DNA of 64,000 bases from Squalus acanthias (taxonomy: Eukaryota): the NCBI GenBank assembly GCA_030390025.1, contig CM059427.1, positions 20,274,001 to 20,338,000 of the forward strand. The letters are read 5' to 3'. Position 1 is the first letter of the stretch. Every line of letters starts with the position of its first letter. A program made the translations under genes and the position numbers. The notes beneath the pieces were generated by a model that did no database searches, was not told where the DNA came from, and worked only from the letters and a program-made list of their open reading frames with translations. Positions 61,101 to 64,000 of this stretch are shown here, in pieces.

Positions 61101-64000
61101 ATGGGGGCACCCTGTTGATGATGGCGGAACTGAAATTGAAGGTTATATACTGGAGAAGCGAGACAAAGATGGAGTTAGATGGACAAAGTGCAATAAAAAG
61201 AGGTTGAGTGATTTAAGGTTTAGAGCTACTGGTTTAACAGAAGATCATTTCTACGAATTCCGTGTATCTGCTGAAAATGCTGCTGGTGTAGGTGATCTAA
61301 GTGAGCCATCCACTTTCTACAGAGCTTGTGATGTAGTATATGTTCCTGGTCCACCAAGCAATCCAAAGGTGGCAGACACAACATGTTCAACAGTAGCCCT
61401 TGCATGGGGCAAGCCAATTTATGATGGTGGAGCTAAAATTAAGGGTTATACTGTAGAGATGAAAGAAACTAAAAATGATGACTGGATCACATGCACGCCT
61501 CCAACAGGTGTGCAATCAACACATTTCACAGTAGCAGACTTGAAGGAGAATACTGAGTATAACATCCGCATCTGTGCCATTAATTCAGAAGGAGTAGGAG
61601 AACCTGCTAGTGTTTCTGGTACTGTAATTGCAGCTGATAAACTTGAGCCACCAGAAATTGAGCTAGATGCTAATCTCAGAAAGGTTGTGACTGTACGTGC
61701 TGGTGGTACTTTGAGATTATTTGTTCCTATTAAAGGCAGACCTGAGCCTGAAGTAAAATGGGAAAAAGCTGAAGGTGCTCTAAGTGAGCGAGCCCAGATT
61801 GAAGTTACAAGCTCTTACACCATGTTGGTTGTAGATAATGTTAACAGATTTCACAGTGGCAAGTATAATTTGACTTTGGAAAATAACAGTGGTGTTAAAT
61901 CTGCTTTTGTTAACGTCAGAGTACTTGATTCACCAAGTACTCCTGTGAACCTACACATAAAAGAAGTGAAGAAAGATTCAGTGACTATATCATGGGAACC
62001 ACCTCTTATTGATGGTGGTGCAAAAATCACTAATTACATTGTTGAAAAACGTGAGTCTACCAGAAAGGCTTATGCTGCTGTTACCAACAATTGTACTAAA
62101 AACACATTCAAAATTGATTCACTTCAAGAAGGCGGTACTTATTTCTTCCGTGTAATGGCAGTCAATGAGTATGGAATAGGCTTGCCAGCAGAGACTGCTG
62201 AGCCCATTAAAGCATCTGAGATACCCTTACCTCCTGGCAAAGTGACATTGGTAGATATAACACGAAATAGTGCAACACTTACCTGGGAGAAACCTGAGCA
62301 TGATGGAGGTAGCAAAATAACTTCCTACATTGTTGAAATGCAGATGAAAGGAAGTGAAAAATGGATTTCATGTGCTCAAGTAAAAGCACTAGAGACAACA
62401 GTGAAAGGACTAACCACAGGTGAGGAATACACCTTTAGTGTAAAAGCTGTGAATGAGAAAGGAAAGAGTGATCCAAGACAGTTGGGAGTACCAGTGATTG
62501 CAAAAGATGTTGAAATTGAGCCATCTGTTGAGCTTCTTTTCAACAGTTTTAGTGTAAAGGCTGGTGATGACATCAAGATTGATATACCATTTAGAGGAAG
62601 ACCTTTGCCAACTGTAACCTGGAAGAAAGATGGCCAGGCTTTGAAACAGACAACACGAATAAATATTCAGACATCAAAGACATCAACACTTCTGAGCATC
62701 AAGGAAGCCATAAAGGAAGATGTTGGAAAATATGAAGTAACTGTTTCCAATAGTACAGGATCAAAAACCTTCTTAATTACCATTATTGTTCTTGACAAAC
62801 CTGGACCACCTGGTTCTATTCATATTGATGAAGTCAGTTCTGATAATATAACTATATCTTGGAAGGCACCAGAGTATGATGGTGGTTGCCAAATTAACAA
62901 TTATATTGTTGAAAAGAGAGACACTACTACAACAGCATGGGTAACTGTTTCTGCTACTGTAGCAAGAACATCAATTAAGGTCACACGCCTTACAGCAAAA
63001 TGCGAATACCAGTTCCGTGTTTATGCAGAAAACCGATATGGCAAGAGCCACCATAGTGAATCTTCTGCTATTGTTGCAGAGTATCCATTTAAACCACCTG
63101 GTCCTCCTTCAACTCCTATTGTTGCACATGCTACCAAAGGTTATATGATTGTAAAGTGGAACGAACCAGTTATTGATGGAGGTTCCAAAATTGTTGGGTA
63201 CCACCTGGAATGCAAAGAAAGAAGCAGTATCTTGTGGACAAAGATGAATCGAGGTCCTATAATTGACACAAAAATGAAAGTAACTAGCCTTGAAGAAGGT
63301 CTAGTGTATGAGTATCGTGTGTATGCCGAGAACATTGCTGGTATTGGTAAAAGCAGTAAGGTTTCTGAAGCTGTTGCAGCAAGGGACCCATGTGATCCTC
63401 CAGGTCAACCTGAAGTAACATATATTACCAGAACCTCTGTTTCACTATCTTGGACCAAGCCGGAATATGATGGTGGTGCTAAAGTTACTGGTTATATTGT
63501 TGAAAGCAAGGAGCTACCCGATGGACGCTGGCTTAAGTGTAATTTTACTAACGTCCAAGAAACGTATTTTGATGTTACTGGTCTTAATGAAGATCAGCGC
63601 TATGAGTTCCATGTTATTGCAAAGAATGCTGCAGGTTCATTCAGTGAACCATCTGAATCAACAGGTCCCATTACTGTAAAGGATGATATGGAAGCCCCAA
63701 GAATTATGATGGATGCCAAATTTAAAGAGGTTGTTGTTAGGGCTGGTGACACTGTCAAGGTTAATGCAGATATTGCGGGTCGTCCTCTTCCAGTGATATC
63801 ATGGACAAAGGATGGTAAGGAGCTTGAAGGACAAGCTAGAGTTGAAATCCAGTCAACTGACAACAACACTGCAATTGTCATTAAGGACTGTATTAGGCGA
63901 GACTCGGGACAATATGTTGTAACACTGCAGAATGTTGCAGGAACAAGATCCCTGGCTATTAATTGCAAGGTACTTGATAGACCAGGTCCACCTGCTGGTC
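964..64000 (+). CDS. TTN: Titin (connectin), partial gene: I/A junction, D-zone and C-zone Ig/Fn3 region, 69 exons (approx. human meta-transcript exons 258-326)
   Basis: Spliced exons give alternating Ig-I and Fn3 domains with titin motifs (PGPP, W.PP..DGGS.I.GY.VE, YEFRV.AEN..G). Order: 6xFn3, then (Ig-Fn2-Ig-Fn3)x6, then (Ig-Fn2-Ig-Fn3-Ig-Fn3)n. The A71-like Fn3 [20 protein letters not shown] at ~50403 anchors the numbering. All introns are GT-AG and phase-consistent. Confidence 0.99.
1451..2104 (-). mobile_element. 5'-truncated CR1-clade LINE (C-terminal end of ORF2, duplicated 3'UTR, (GTTCTTAT)n tail)
   Basis: ORF 1651..2130(-) [24 protein letters not shown]...TRGH...[10 protein letters not shown] is the CR1 ORF2 C-terminus; tail ataagaac repeats at 1451-1472. 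Confidence 0.93.
3872..4049 (+). CDS. TTN: Titin exon 2: N-terminal part of Fn3
   Basis: tacag|ct...ttaaa|gtaagt; [30 protein letters not shown]. Confidence 0.95.
4136..4257 (+). CDS. TTN: Titin exon 3: C-terminal part of Fn3
   Basis: aatag|g...aaag|gtacat; [23 protein letters not shown]. Confidence 0.95.
4571..4688. repeat. Cluster of short inverted repeats (possible MITE remnant)
   Basis: Arms ttcccaattca/tgattgggaa, gacacgaatcaggcgtg/cacgtctgattctcgtgtc, tcgac/gtcga and gctcc/ggagc. Confidence 0.55.
4779..5066 (+). CDS. TTN: Titin exon 4: Ig domain
   Basis: aacag|ag...ctag|gtagtt; [26 protein letters not shown]...[11 protein letters not shown]. Confidence 0.96.
5164..5460 (+). CDS. TTN: Titin exon 5: Fn3 (first of six tandem Fn3)
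   Basis: [31 protein letters not shown]; GT-AG. Confidence 0.96.
5571..5757 (+). CDS. TTN: Titin exon 6: Fn3 N-part
   Basis: [33 protein letters not shown]; ends ag|gtattt (phase 2). Confidence 0.95.
5988..6945 (+). mobile_element. GC-rich dispersed-repeat (MITE-like) insertion hosting the minisatellite
   Basis: Abrupt GC-rich block in an AT-rich intron; flank motifs resemble the reverse complement of 17450-17790. Confidence 0.4.
6221..6872 (+). repeat. G-rich minisatellite, 23-bp unit CAAGGATCATCGGGGGCGGGGTG, 28 copies
   Basis: 28 CAAG-anchored units counted directly, with variant units (gacc/gatc, tgc/tac, ccgg) and occasional +/-1 G. Confidence 0.97.
7071..7186 (+). CDS. TTN: Titin exon 7: Fn3 C-part
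   Basis: aacag|a...atcg|gtatgt; [21 protein letters not shown]. Confidence 0.95.
7240..7381. mobile_element. Short palindromic MITE-like element
   Basis: Termini ggtaaatttt / agaattgacc; internal ~29-bp imperfect inverted arms at 7276-7304 and 7317-7345. Confidence 0.45.
7435..7734 (+). CDS. TTN: Titin exon 8: Fn3
   Basis: [30 protein letters not shown]...[12 protein letters not shown]. Confidence 0.96.
7848..8147 (+). CDS. TTN: Titin exon 9: Fn3
   Basis: [30 protein letters not shown]. Confidence 0.96.
8251..8356 (+). CDS. TTN: Titin exon 10: Fn3 N-part
   Basis: [34 protein letters not shown]; phase 2 end. Confidence 0.94.
8469..8665 (+). CDS. TTN: Titin exon 11: Fn3 C-part
   Basis: [28 protein letters not shown]. 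Confidence 0.95.
8760..9065 (+). CDS. TTN: Titin exon 12: Fn3 (last of six tandem Fn3)
   Basis: [30 protein letters not shown]. Confidence 0.96.
9179..9457 (+). CDS. TTN: Titin exon 13: Ig (A1, start of D-zone)
   Basis: [35 protein letters not shown]. Confidence 0.96.
9571..9870 (+). CDS. TTN: Titin exon 14: Fn3 (A2)
   Basis: [30 protein letters not shown]. Confidence 0.96.
9977..10279 (+). CDS. TTN: Titin exon 15: Fn3 (A3)
   Basis: [30 protein letters not shown]. Confidence 0.96.
10452..10826 (+). CDS. TTN: Titin exon 16: Ig with charged insert (A4)
   Basis: [38 protein letters not shown]...[14 protein letters not shown]. Confidence 0.95.
10940..11242 (+). CDS. TTN: Titin exon 17: Fn3 (A5)
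   Basis: [30 protein letters not shown]. Confidence 0.96.
11444..11743 (+). CDS. TTN: Titin exon 18: Fn3 (A6)
   Basis: [29 protein letters not shown]. Confidence 0.96.
11846..12142 (+). CDS. TTN: Titin exon 19: Fn3 (A7)
   Basis: [29 protein letters not shown]. Confidence 0.95.
12230..12514 (+). CDS. TTN: Titin exon 20: Ig (A8)
   Basis: [38 protein letters not shown]; not in ORF track. Confidence 0.95.
12612..12905 (+). CDS. TTN: Titin exon 21: Fn3 (A9)
   Basis: [30 protein letters not shown]. Confidence 0.96.
12991..13290 (+). CDS. TTN: Titin exon 22: Fn3 (A10)
   Basis: [36 protein letters not shown]. Confidence 0.95.
13428..13736 (+). CDS. TTN: Titin exon 23: Ig (A11)
   Basis: [39 protein letters not shown]. 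Confidence 0.96.
13860..14050 (+). CDS. TTN: Titin exon 24: Fn3 N-part (A12)
   Basis: [30 protein letters not shown]...ERRYG|gtaatg (phase 0). Confidence 0.94.
14150..14579 (+). CDS. TTN: Titin exon 25: Fn3 C-part plus Fn3 (A12-A13)
   Basis: [21 protein letters not shown]...[19 protein letters not shown]. Confidence 0.95.
14876..15184 (+). CDS. TTN: Titin exon 26: Fn3 (A14)
   Basis: [29 protein letters not shown]. Confidence 0.96.
15272..15420 (+). CDS. TTN: Titin exon 27: Ig N-part (A15)
   Basis: [49 protein letters not shown]|gtatga. Confidence 0.95.
17450..17790 (-). repeat. C-rich dispersed-repeat fragment with poly-C tracts, related to 5988-6250
   Basis: Reverse complement shares ordered motifs (aggcct..aggcc, ggaaggaggga, ggattg, ggctggagg, tcatcg..cggggtg) with the flank of the minisatellite. 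Confidence 0.4.
18234..18266 (+). CDS. TTN: Titin exon 28: 33-nt microexon within Ig A15 ([11 protein letters not shown])
   Basis: ttttgtttag|gat gat gga cat aat cta cca gct gag gcc cag|gtaata; phase 0-0; fills the gap between KTVIK and VESKETK. Confidence 0.9.
18357..20523 (+). mobile_element. 5'-truncated CR1 LINE, defective reverse transcriptase, (TTCTATGC)n tail
   Basis: ORFs 18359, 18718, 19174 and 20054 give [45 protein letters not shown] and TRGH; stops at 18661 and 19129, frameshifts, 3' tail. Confidence 0.97.
20546..20675 (+). CDS. TTN: Titin exon 29: Ig C-part (A15)
   Basis: [43 protein letters not shown]. Confidence 0.95.
20769..21068 (+). CDS. TTN: Titin exon 30: Fn3 (A16)
   Basis: [30 protein letters not shown]. 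Confidence 0.96.
21188..21505 (+). CDS. TTN: Titin exon 31: Fn3 (A17)
   Basis: [30 protein letters not shown]. Confidence 0.96.
21604..21900 (+). CDS. TTN: Titin exon 32: Ig (A18)
   Basis: [34 protein letters not shown]...[11 protein letters not shown]. Confidence 0.96.
22031..22330 (+). CDS. TTN: Titin exon 33: Fn3 (A19)
   Basis: [31 protein letters not shown]. Confidence 0.96.
22666..22980 (+). CDS. TTN: Titin exon 34: Fn3 (A20)
   Basis: [30 protein letters not shown]. Confidence 0.96.
23278..23426 (+). CDS. TTN: Titin exon 35: Fn3 N-part (A21)
   Basis: [29 protein letters not shown]...EEWEK|gtaaat. Confidence 0.95.
23466..24170. repeat. GC-richer intronic insertion, probable old non-autonomous DNA-transposon remnant
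   Basis: Compositional shift; starts ggggctgattt like other shark MITE-like termini; no clean TIR pair. Confidence 0.3.
24225..24375 (+). CDS. TTN: Titin exon 36: Fn3 C-part (A21)
   Basis: [33 protein letters not shown]. Confidence 0.95.
24460..24741 (+). CDS. TTN: Titin exon 37: Ig (A22)
   Basis: [38 protein letters not shown]. Confidence 0.96.
24827..25129 (+). CDS. TTN: Titin exon 38: Fn3 (A23)
   Basis: [31 protein letters not shown]. Confidence 0.96.
25234..25536 (+). CDS. TTN: Titin exon 39: Fn3 (A24)
   Basis: [30 protein letters not shown]. Confidence 0.96.
25617..25898 (+). CDS. TTN: Titin exon 40: Ig (A25)
   Basis: [36 protein letters not shown]. Confidence 0.95.
25990..26289 (+). 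CDS. TTN: Titin exon 41: Fn3 (A26)
   Basis: [31 protein letters not shown]. Confidence 0.96.
26625..26927 (+). CDS. TTN: Titin exon 42: Fn3 (A27)
   Basis: [29 protein letters not shown]. Confidence 0.95.
27027..27335 (+). CDS. TTN: Titin exon 43: Fn3 (A28)
   Basis: [30 protein letters not shown]. Confidence 0.96.
27450..27731 (+). CDS. TTN: Titin exon 44: Ig (A29)
   Basis: [38 protein letters not shown]. Confidence 0.96.
27847..28146 (+). CDS. TTN: Titin exon 45: Fn3 (A30)
   Basis: [30 protein letters not shown]. Confidence 0.96.
28247..28540 (+). CDS. TTN: Titin exon 46: Fn3 (A31)
   Basis: [30 protein letters not shown]. Confidence 0.96.
28655..31621 (+). CDS. TTN: Titin exon 47: 2,967-nt D-zone exon, 10 domains (A32-A41; human exon 304 equivalent)
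   Basis: ORF 28627..31647; Ig-Fn-Fn-Fn-Ig-Fn-Fn-Ig-Fn-Fn; atag|tg ... atgg|gtattt. Confidence 0.97.
31749..32069 (+). CDS. TTN: Titin exon 48: Fn3 (A42, end of D-zone)
   Basis: [30 protein letters not shown]. Confidence 0.96.
32184..32468 (+). CDS. TTN: Titin exon 49: Ig (A43, start of C-zone repeat C1)
   Basis: [38 protein letters not shown]. Confidence 0.96.
32521..36094 (+). mobile_element. Decayed CR1 LINE (end of APE endonuclease, RT, 3' tail ATTCTATG), interrupted by a solo-LTR-like insert
   Basis: [28 protein letters not shown] (APE end), [30 protein letters not shown]; resumes at 35757 and ends ctattctatgattcta; many frameshifts. Confidence 0.95.
34580..35756 (-). mobile_element. 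Probable solo LTR (ERV/Gypsy-type), 1,177 bp, TSD GATT
   Basis: Starts TG, ends CA; GATT at 34576-34579 and 35757-35760; imperfect terminal inverted repeat TGTAGAGATTA / TAATTTCTAACA; minus-strand TATAAA at 35311-35316 and ATTAAA at 34654-34659; CR1 resumes exactly after it. Confidence 0.8.
36129..36428 (+). CDS. TTN: Titin exon 50: Fn3 (A44)
   Basis: [30 protein letters not shown]. Confidence 0.96.
36578..36880 (+). CDS. TTN: Titin exon 51: Fn3 (A45)
   Basis: [30 protein letters not shown]. Confidence 0.96.
36950..37550. repeat. GC-rich MITE-like dispersed repeat remnant
   Basis: CpG/GC-rich block ending ttgaaattcaacccc, with short internal palindromes such as acccgtttt..aaacgggt. Confidence 0.35.
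37590..37946 (-). mobile_element. tRNA-derived DeuSINE (SacSINE1-like), decayed
   Basis: Minus-strand tRNA-like head (tcagaaggttgtggattcaagctcc, B-box like), Deu-like ggggcctcagtttaacatct; clearly homologous to 43882-44262. Confidence 0.72.
38227..38502 (+). CDS. TTN: Titin exon 52: Ig (A46)
   Basis: [34 protein letters not shown]. Confidence 0.96.
38638..38937 (+). CDS. TTN: Titin exon 53: Fn3 (A47)
   Basis: [31 protein letters not shown]; not in ORF track. Confidence 0.95.
39034..39336 (+). CDS. TTN: Titin exon 54: Fn3 (A48)
   Basis: [30 protein letters not shown]. Confidence 0.96.
39470..39769 (+). CDS. TTN: Titin exon 55: Fn3 (A49)
   Basis: [27 protein letters not shown]. Confidence 0.96.
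39912..40199 (+). CDS. TTN: Titin exon 56: Ig (A50)
   Basis: [38 protein letters not shown]. Confidence 0.96.
40447..40743 (+). CDS. TTN: Titin exon 57: Fn3 (A51)
   Basis: [30 protein letters not shown]. Confidence 0.96.
40839..41141 (+). CDS. TTN: Titin exon 58: Fn3 (A52)
   Basis: [30 protein letters not shown]. Confidence 0.96.
41250..41555 (+). CDS. TTN: Titin exon 59: Fn3 (A53)
   Basis: [30 protein letters not shown]. Confidence 0.96.
41611..41653 (+). repeat. Short fragment of a common chondrichthyan repeat (possibly a Penelope-like terminal repeat)
   Basis: aatactcagcagggcaggcagcatctgtggagagataaacag, recognised from memory only. Confidence 0.35.
42611..42898 (+). CDS. TTN: Titin exon 60: Ig (A54, start of C2)
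   Basis: [38 protein letters not shown]. Confidence 0.96.
43021..43311 (+). CDS. TTN: Titin exon 61: Fn3 (A55)
   Basis: [30 protein letters not shown]. Confidence 0.96.
43435..43722 (+). CDS. TTN: Titin exon 62: Fn3 (A56)
   Basis: [30 protein letters not shown]; acceptor could be 43435 or 43438. Confidence 0.94.
43882..44262 (-). mobile_element. tRNA-derived DeuSINE (SacSINE1-like), decayed
   Basis: aagtgtagtcactgctgttatgtag, gtgccatggtatcttttacatgcacctga, gtcagcctagattacatgctcaag..cttgaacc; homologous to 37590-37946. Confidence 0.75.
44481..45323 (+). mobile_element. Internally deleted CR1 LINE fragment with 3' end
   Basis: [27 protein letters not shown], then a jump to [27 protein letters not shown]; 3' ggctgaatggcccactcctgttcctat. 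Confidence 0.92.
45681..46268 (+). CDS. TTN: Titin exon 63: Ig plus Fn3 (A57-A58)
   Basis: [34 protein letters not shown]...[18 protein letters not shown]. Confidence 0.96.
46361..46465 (+). CDS. TTN: Titin exon 64: Fn3 N-part (A59)
   Basis: [34 protein letters not shown]. Confidence 0.95.
46557..46754 (+). CDS. TTN: Titin exon 65: Fn3 C-part (A59)
   Basis: [41 protein letters not shown]. Confidence 0.95.
46851..47147 (+). CDS. TTN: Titin exon 66: Fn3 (A60)
   Basis: [27 protein letters not shown]. Confidence 0.96.
47244..47831 (+). CDS. TTN: Titin exon 67: Ig plus Fn3 (A61-A62)
   Basis: [35 protein letters not shown]...[17 protein letters not shown]. Confidence 0.96.
47928..48230 (+). CDS. 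TTN: Titin exon 68: Fn3 (A63)
   Basis: [30 protein letters not shown]. Confidence 0.96.
48346..54920 (+). CDS. TTN: Titin giant C-zone exon (human exon 326 equivalent), part 1: A64 to start of A86
   Basis: ORF 48315..54929; acceptor tacag|at; super-repeats C3 and C4; ends at the frameshift WGKP. Confidence 0.98.
48655..64000 (+). repeat. C-zone 11-domain super-repeat, ~3.25-kb coding periodicity (C3-C7)
   Basis: Equivalent ELDA.LR motif at 48672, 51924, 55171, 58417 and 61666 (spacings 3252, 3247, 3246, 3249). Confidence 0.93.
54922..64000 (+). CDS. TTN: Titin giant C-zone exon, part 2 (shifted frame): rest of A86 to ~A116, open to window end
   Basis: Frame starting att tat gat ggt gga (IYDGG) stayed titin-like at every point sampled, through aat tgc aag gta ctt gat aga cca ggt cca cct at 63961; ~3,026 codons; absent from the ORF track, consistent with no stop before the window end. 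Confidence 0.96.
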   Translation, partial: MYDGGCEIQGYLVEMCDISTDEWTMCTPASGIKQTRFEVDKLVEKHEYKFRVCAVNKAGVGEHADIPDTVLLEDKLETPDLDLDADLRKVINVRASCSLRLFVPIRGRPAPEVKWTKADGEIRDTAQIEVSESYTLLVIDNVNRYDSGKYILNLENSSGTKSAFITVRVLDTPSPPINLKVKEITKDNVTLSWEHPLLDGGAKIKNFIVEKRESTRKAYSAVITNCHKTSFKIEQLQEGCNYYFRVTAENEHGIGLPAETVDPVKISEVPQPPGKITVVDVTRKTVSLKWEKPEHDGGSKIIQYIVEMQTKGSEKWLACAHVKSLEAIINSLTQGEEYLFRVMAVNEKGKSDPRTLAVPVVAKDLVIEPDVRPAFTSYSVQVGHDLKVEIPIAGRPKPKITWTKDGQPLKQTTRVNVIDSDNNTVLSIKESTRDDSGLYGITVANVVGQKAASIEIITLDKPGPPSGPVRFDTVSAESIAISWDPPSFTGGCQITNYVVERRDTTTINWEIVSATIARTSLKITKLKTGAEYQFRIFAENRYGRSFALDSEAVLAQYPFKEPGPPGTPFVATVTKDSMEVQWHEPINDGGSKILGYHLERKERNSILWTKINRTIIQDTRFKTTGLEEGIEYEFKVYAENIVGIGKPSKVSECYVARDPCDPPGCPEAIIVTRNSISLQWTKPEYDGGSIITGYIVEKRDLPEGRWMKASFTNVIETQFTVTGLTEDEKYDFRVIAKNAAGTISKPSDNTGPITAKDEVEPPRISMDPKYRDTIVVNAGDAFKLDADVHGKPLPIIQWFKGEKEVEESARLEVKNSDFKALLHVKDAIRVDGGQYILQASNVAGTKSVPINVKVLDRPGPPAGPIQVTGVTAEKCSLSWGSPQHDGGSDISHYIIEKRETSRLAWTVVTSDVKATMHKVTKLLEGNEYIFRIMAVNKFGVGEPLESAPVLMKNPFVPPGPPKSLEVSNIAKDSMTVSWNRPDNNGGSDIIGYIVEKRDRTGIRWIKCNKHRVTDLRFRVTGLAEDHEYEFRLSAENAAGIGVPSQLTHFYKACDPVYKPGPPANPHVADTTKDSIVLVWGKPIYDGGSDIQGYIVEIRKADEEDWAMCTPQSGLQVTRFEIGKLTEHQEYNIRVCAINKVGVGEPASVPGTVKTEDKLEAAEIELPAELRKGITVRAGNTARIFIPFKGRPIPEISWSKDEGELPEKSQVEKGLNYTQVTIDNCDRNDAGKYILTLVNSSGTKSAFVTVKVLDTPGAPQNLTVKDIRKESVTLLWEPPIIDGGAKIKNYVIDKRESTRKAYANITAKCNKCSFKAENLTEGATYYFRVMAENEFGVGIPVETTDAVKTSEPPLPPGKITLVDVTQKSVSLIWEKPEHDGGSRIMGYLVEMQPKGSDQWAVVTQSKTCDAVIPGLSSGQEYLFRVIAFNEKGKSDPRLLAVPVIAKDQSIAPEFRLMFNTYSVQAGENLKVEVPFIGRPKPKIIWMKNEQTLKQTTRVNVEEAATATILFIKESHRDDYGKYSVSASNSAGTVTEEIGIIVLDKPGPPVGPLRFDEVSADFVIISWDPPEYTGGCQINNYIVEKRDTTTTAWQLVSATVARTTIKVSKLTTGSEYQFRIFAENRYGKSSSLDSTAVIAQYPYKQPGPPGTPFVSAATKDTMIVQWNEPVIDGGSNILGYHLERKERNSILWTKLNKTIIQDTHYKCNNLEEGIEYEFRVYAENIVGTGKSSKVSECFVARDPCDPPGRPDAVVITRNYVTLQWKKPQYDGGSKITGYVVEKKELPDGRWMKASFTNIIDTEFTITGLTEDARYEFRAIARNAAGIFSEPSESTGPITARDEIEAPRASMDPKYKDVIVVNAGDSFVLDADIYGKPVPDVTWIKDGKDIEANVARMETKSTIQKTSLTVKDCIRIDGGHYVLKLSNVGGTKSIPITVKVLDRPGPPEGVLTVSGVTAEKCYLAWNPPSQDGGANISHYIIEKRETSRLSWTQVAPNVQAISHKVTKLLPGNEYIFRVMAVNKYGIGEPLESEPIVAKNPFHTPSAPTVPEVATITKDSMVVTWGHPVDDGGTEIEGYILEKRDKDGVRWTKCNKKRLSDLRFRATGLTEDHFYEFRVSAENAAGVGDLSEPSTFYRACDVVYVPGPPSNPKVADTTCSTVALAWGKPIYDGGAKIKGYTVEMKETKNDDWITCTPPTGVQSTHFTVADLKENTEYNIRICAINSEGVGEPASVSGTVIAADKLEPPEIELDANLRKVVTVRAGGTLRLFVPIKGRPEPEVKWEKAEGALSERAQIEVTSSYTMLVVDNVNRFHSGKYNLTLENNSGVKSAFVNVRVLDSPSTPVNLHIKEVKKDSVTISWEPPLIDGGAKITNYIVEKRESTRKAYAAVTNNCTKNTFKIDSLQEGGTYFFRVMAVNEYGIGLPAETAEPIKASEIPLPPGKVTLVDITRNSATLTWEKPEHDGGSKITSYIVEMQMKGSEKWISCAQVKALETTVKGLTTGEEYTFSVKAVNEKGKSDPRQLGVPVIAKDVEIEPSVELLFNSFSVKAGDDIKIDIPFRGRPLPTVTWKKDGQALKQTTRINIQTSKTSTLLSIKEAIKEDVGKYEVTVSNSTGSKTFLITIIVLDKPGPPGSIHIDEVSSDNITISWKAPEYDGGCQINNYIVEKRDTTTTAWVTVSATVARTSIKVTRLTAKCEYQFRVYAENRYGKSHHSESSAIVAEYPFKPPGPPSTPIVAHATKGYMIVKWNEPVIDGGSKIVGYHLECKERSSILWTKMNRGPIIDTKMKVTSLEEGLVYEYRVYAENIAGIGKSSKVSEAVAARDPCDPPGQPEVTYITRTSVSLSWTKPEYDGGAKVTGYIVESKELPDGRWLKCNFTNVQETYFDVTGLNEDQRYEFHVIAKNAAGSFSEPSESTGPITVKDDMEAPRIMMDAKFKEVVVRAGDTVKVNADIAGRPLPVISWTKDGKELEGQARVEIQSTDNNTAIVIKDCIRRDSGQYVVTLQNVAGTRSLAINCKVLDRPGPPAG

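Noticed and set aside
47011-63968. Numerous minus-strand ORFs of 60-208 aa
   Set aside because: Antisense shadows of titin codons; they recur with the super-repeat period and show no independent domain.
964-64000. Titin pseudogene or paralog such as obscurin or MyBP-C
   Set aside because: All other exons are intact with canonical splice sites, and the 7- and 11-domain super-repeat pattern is specific to titin.

Overview
Eukaryotic (vertebrate) genomic DNA. It holds a 64-kb internal segment of the titin gene (TTN) on the + strand, most likely from a cartilaginous fish, judging by the CR1 LINEs, DeuSINE/SacSINE1-like SINEs and human-like exon layout. I traced 69 exons with canonical GT-AG boundaries and continuous reading phase. 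They encode the I/A-junction Fn3 run, six 7-domain D-zone super-repeats (A1-A42) and C-zone 11-domain super-repeats C1 to part of C7. The last exon (48346 to beyond 64000) is the giant intronless C-zone exon, equivalent to human exon 326. It carries a 1-bp insertion at 54918-54920 that creates TGA at 54927, while titin coding continues open in the +1 frame to the window end; this is either an assembly error or a truncating allele. Larger introns hold four decayed CR1 LINEs, a 1,177-bp TG..CA solo-LTR-like insert with a 4-bp TSD nested in one CR1, two SINEs, MITE-like palindromes and a G-rich 23-bp minisatellite. I found no convincing wholly new biological system. The best leads are the frameshift, the nested LTR and a CR1 that appears to have displaced a branch point next to a 33-nt microexon. 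Human exon and domain numbers come from recalled titin annotation plus counting, not from a database search.
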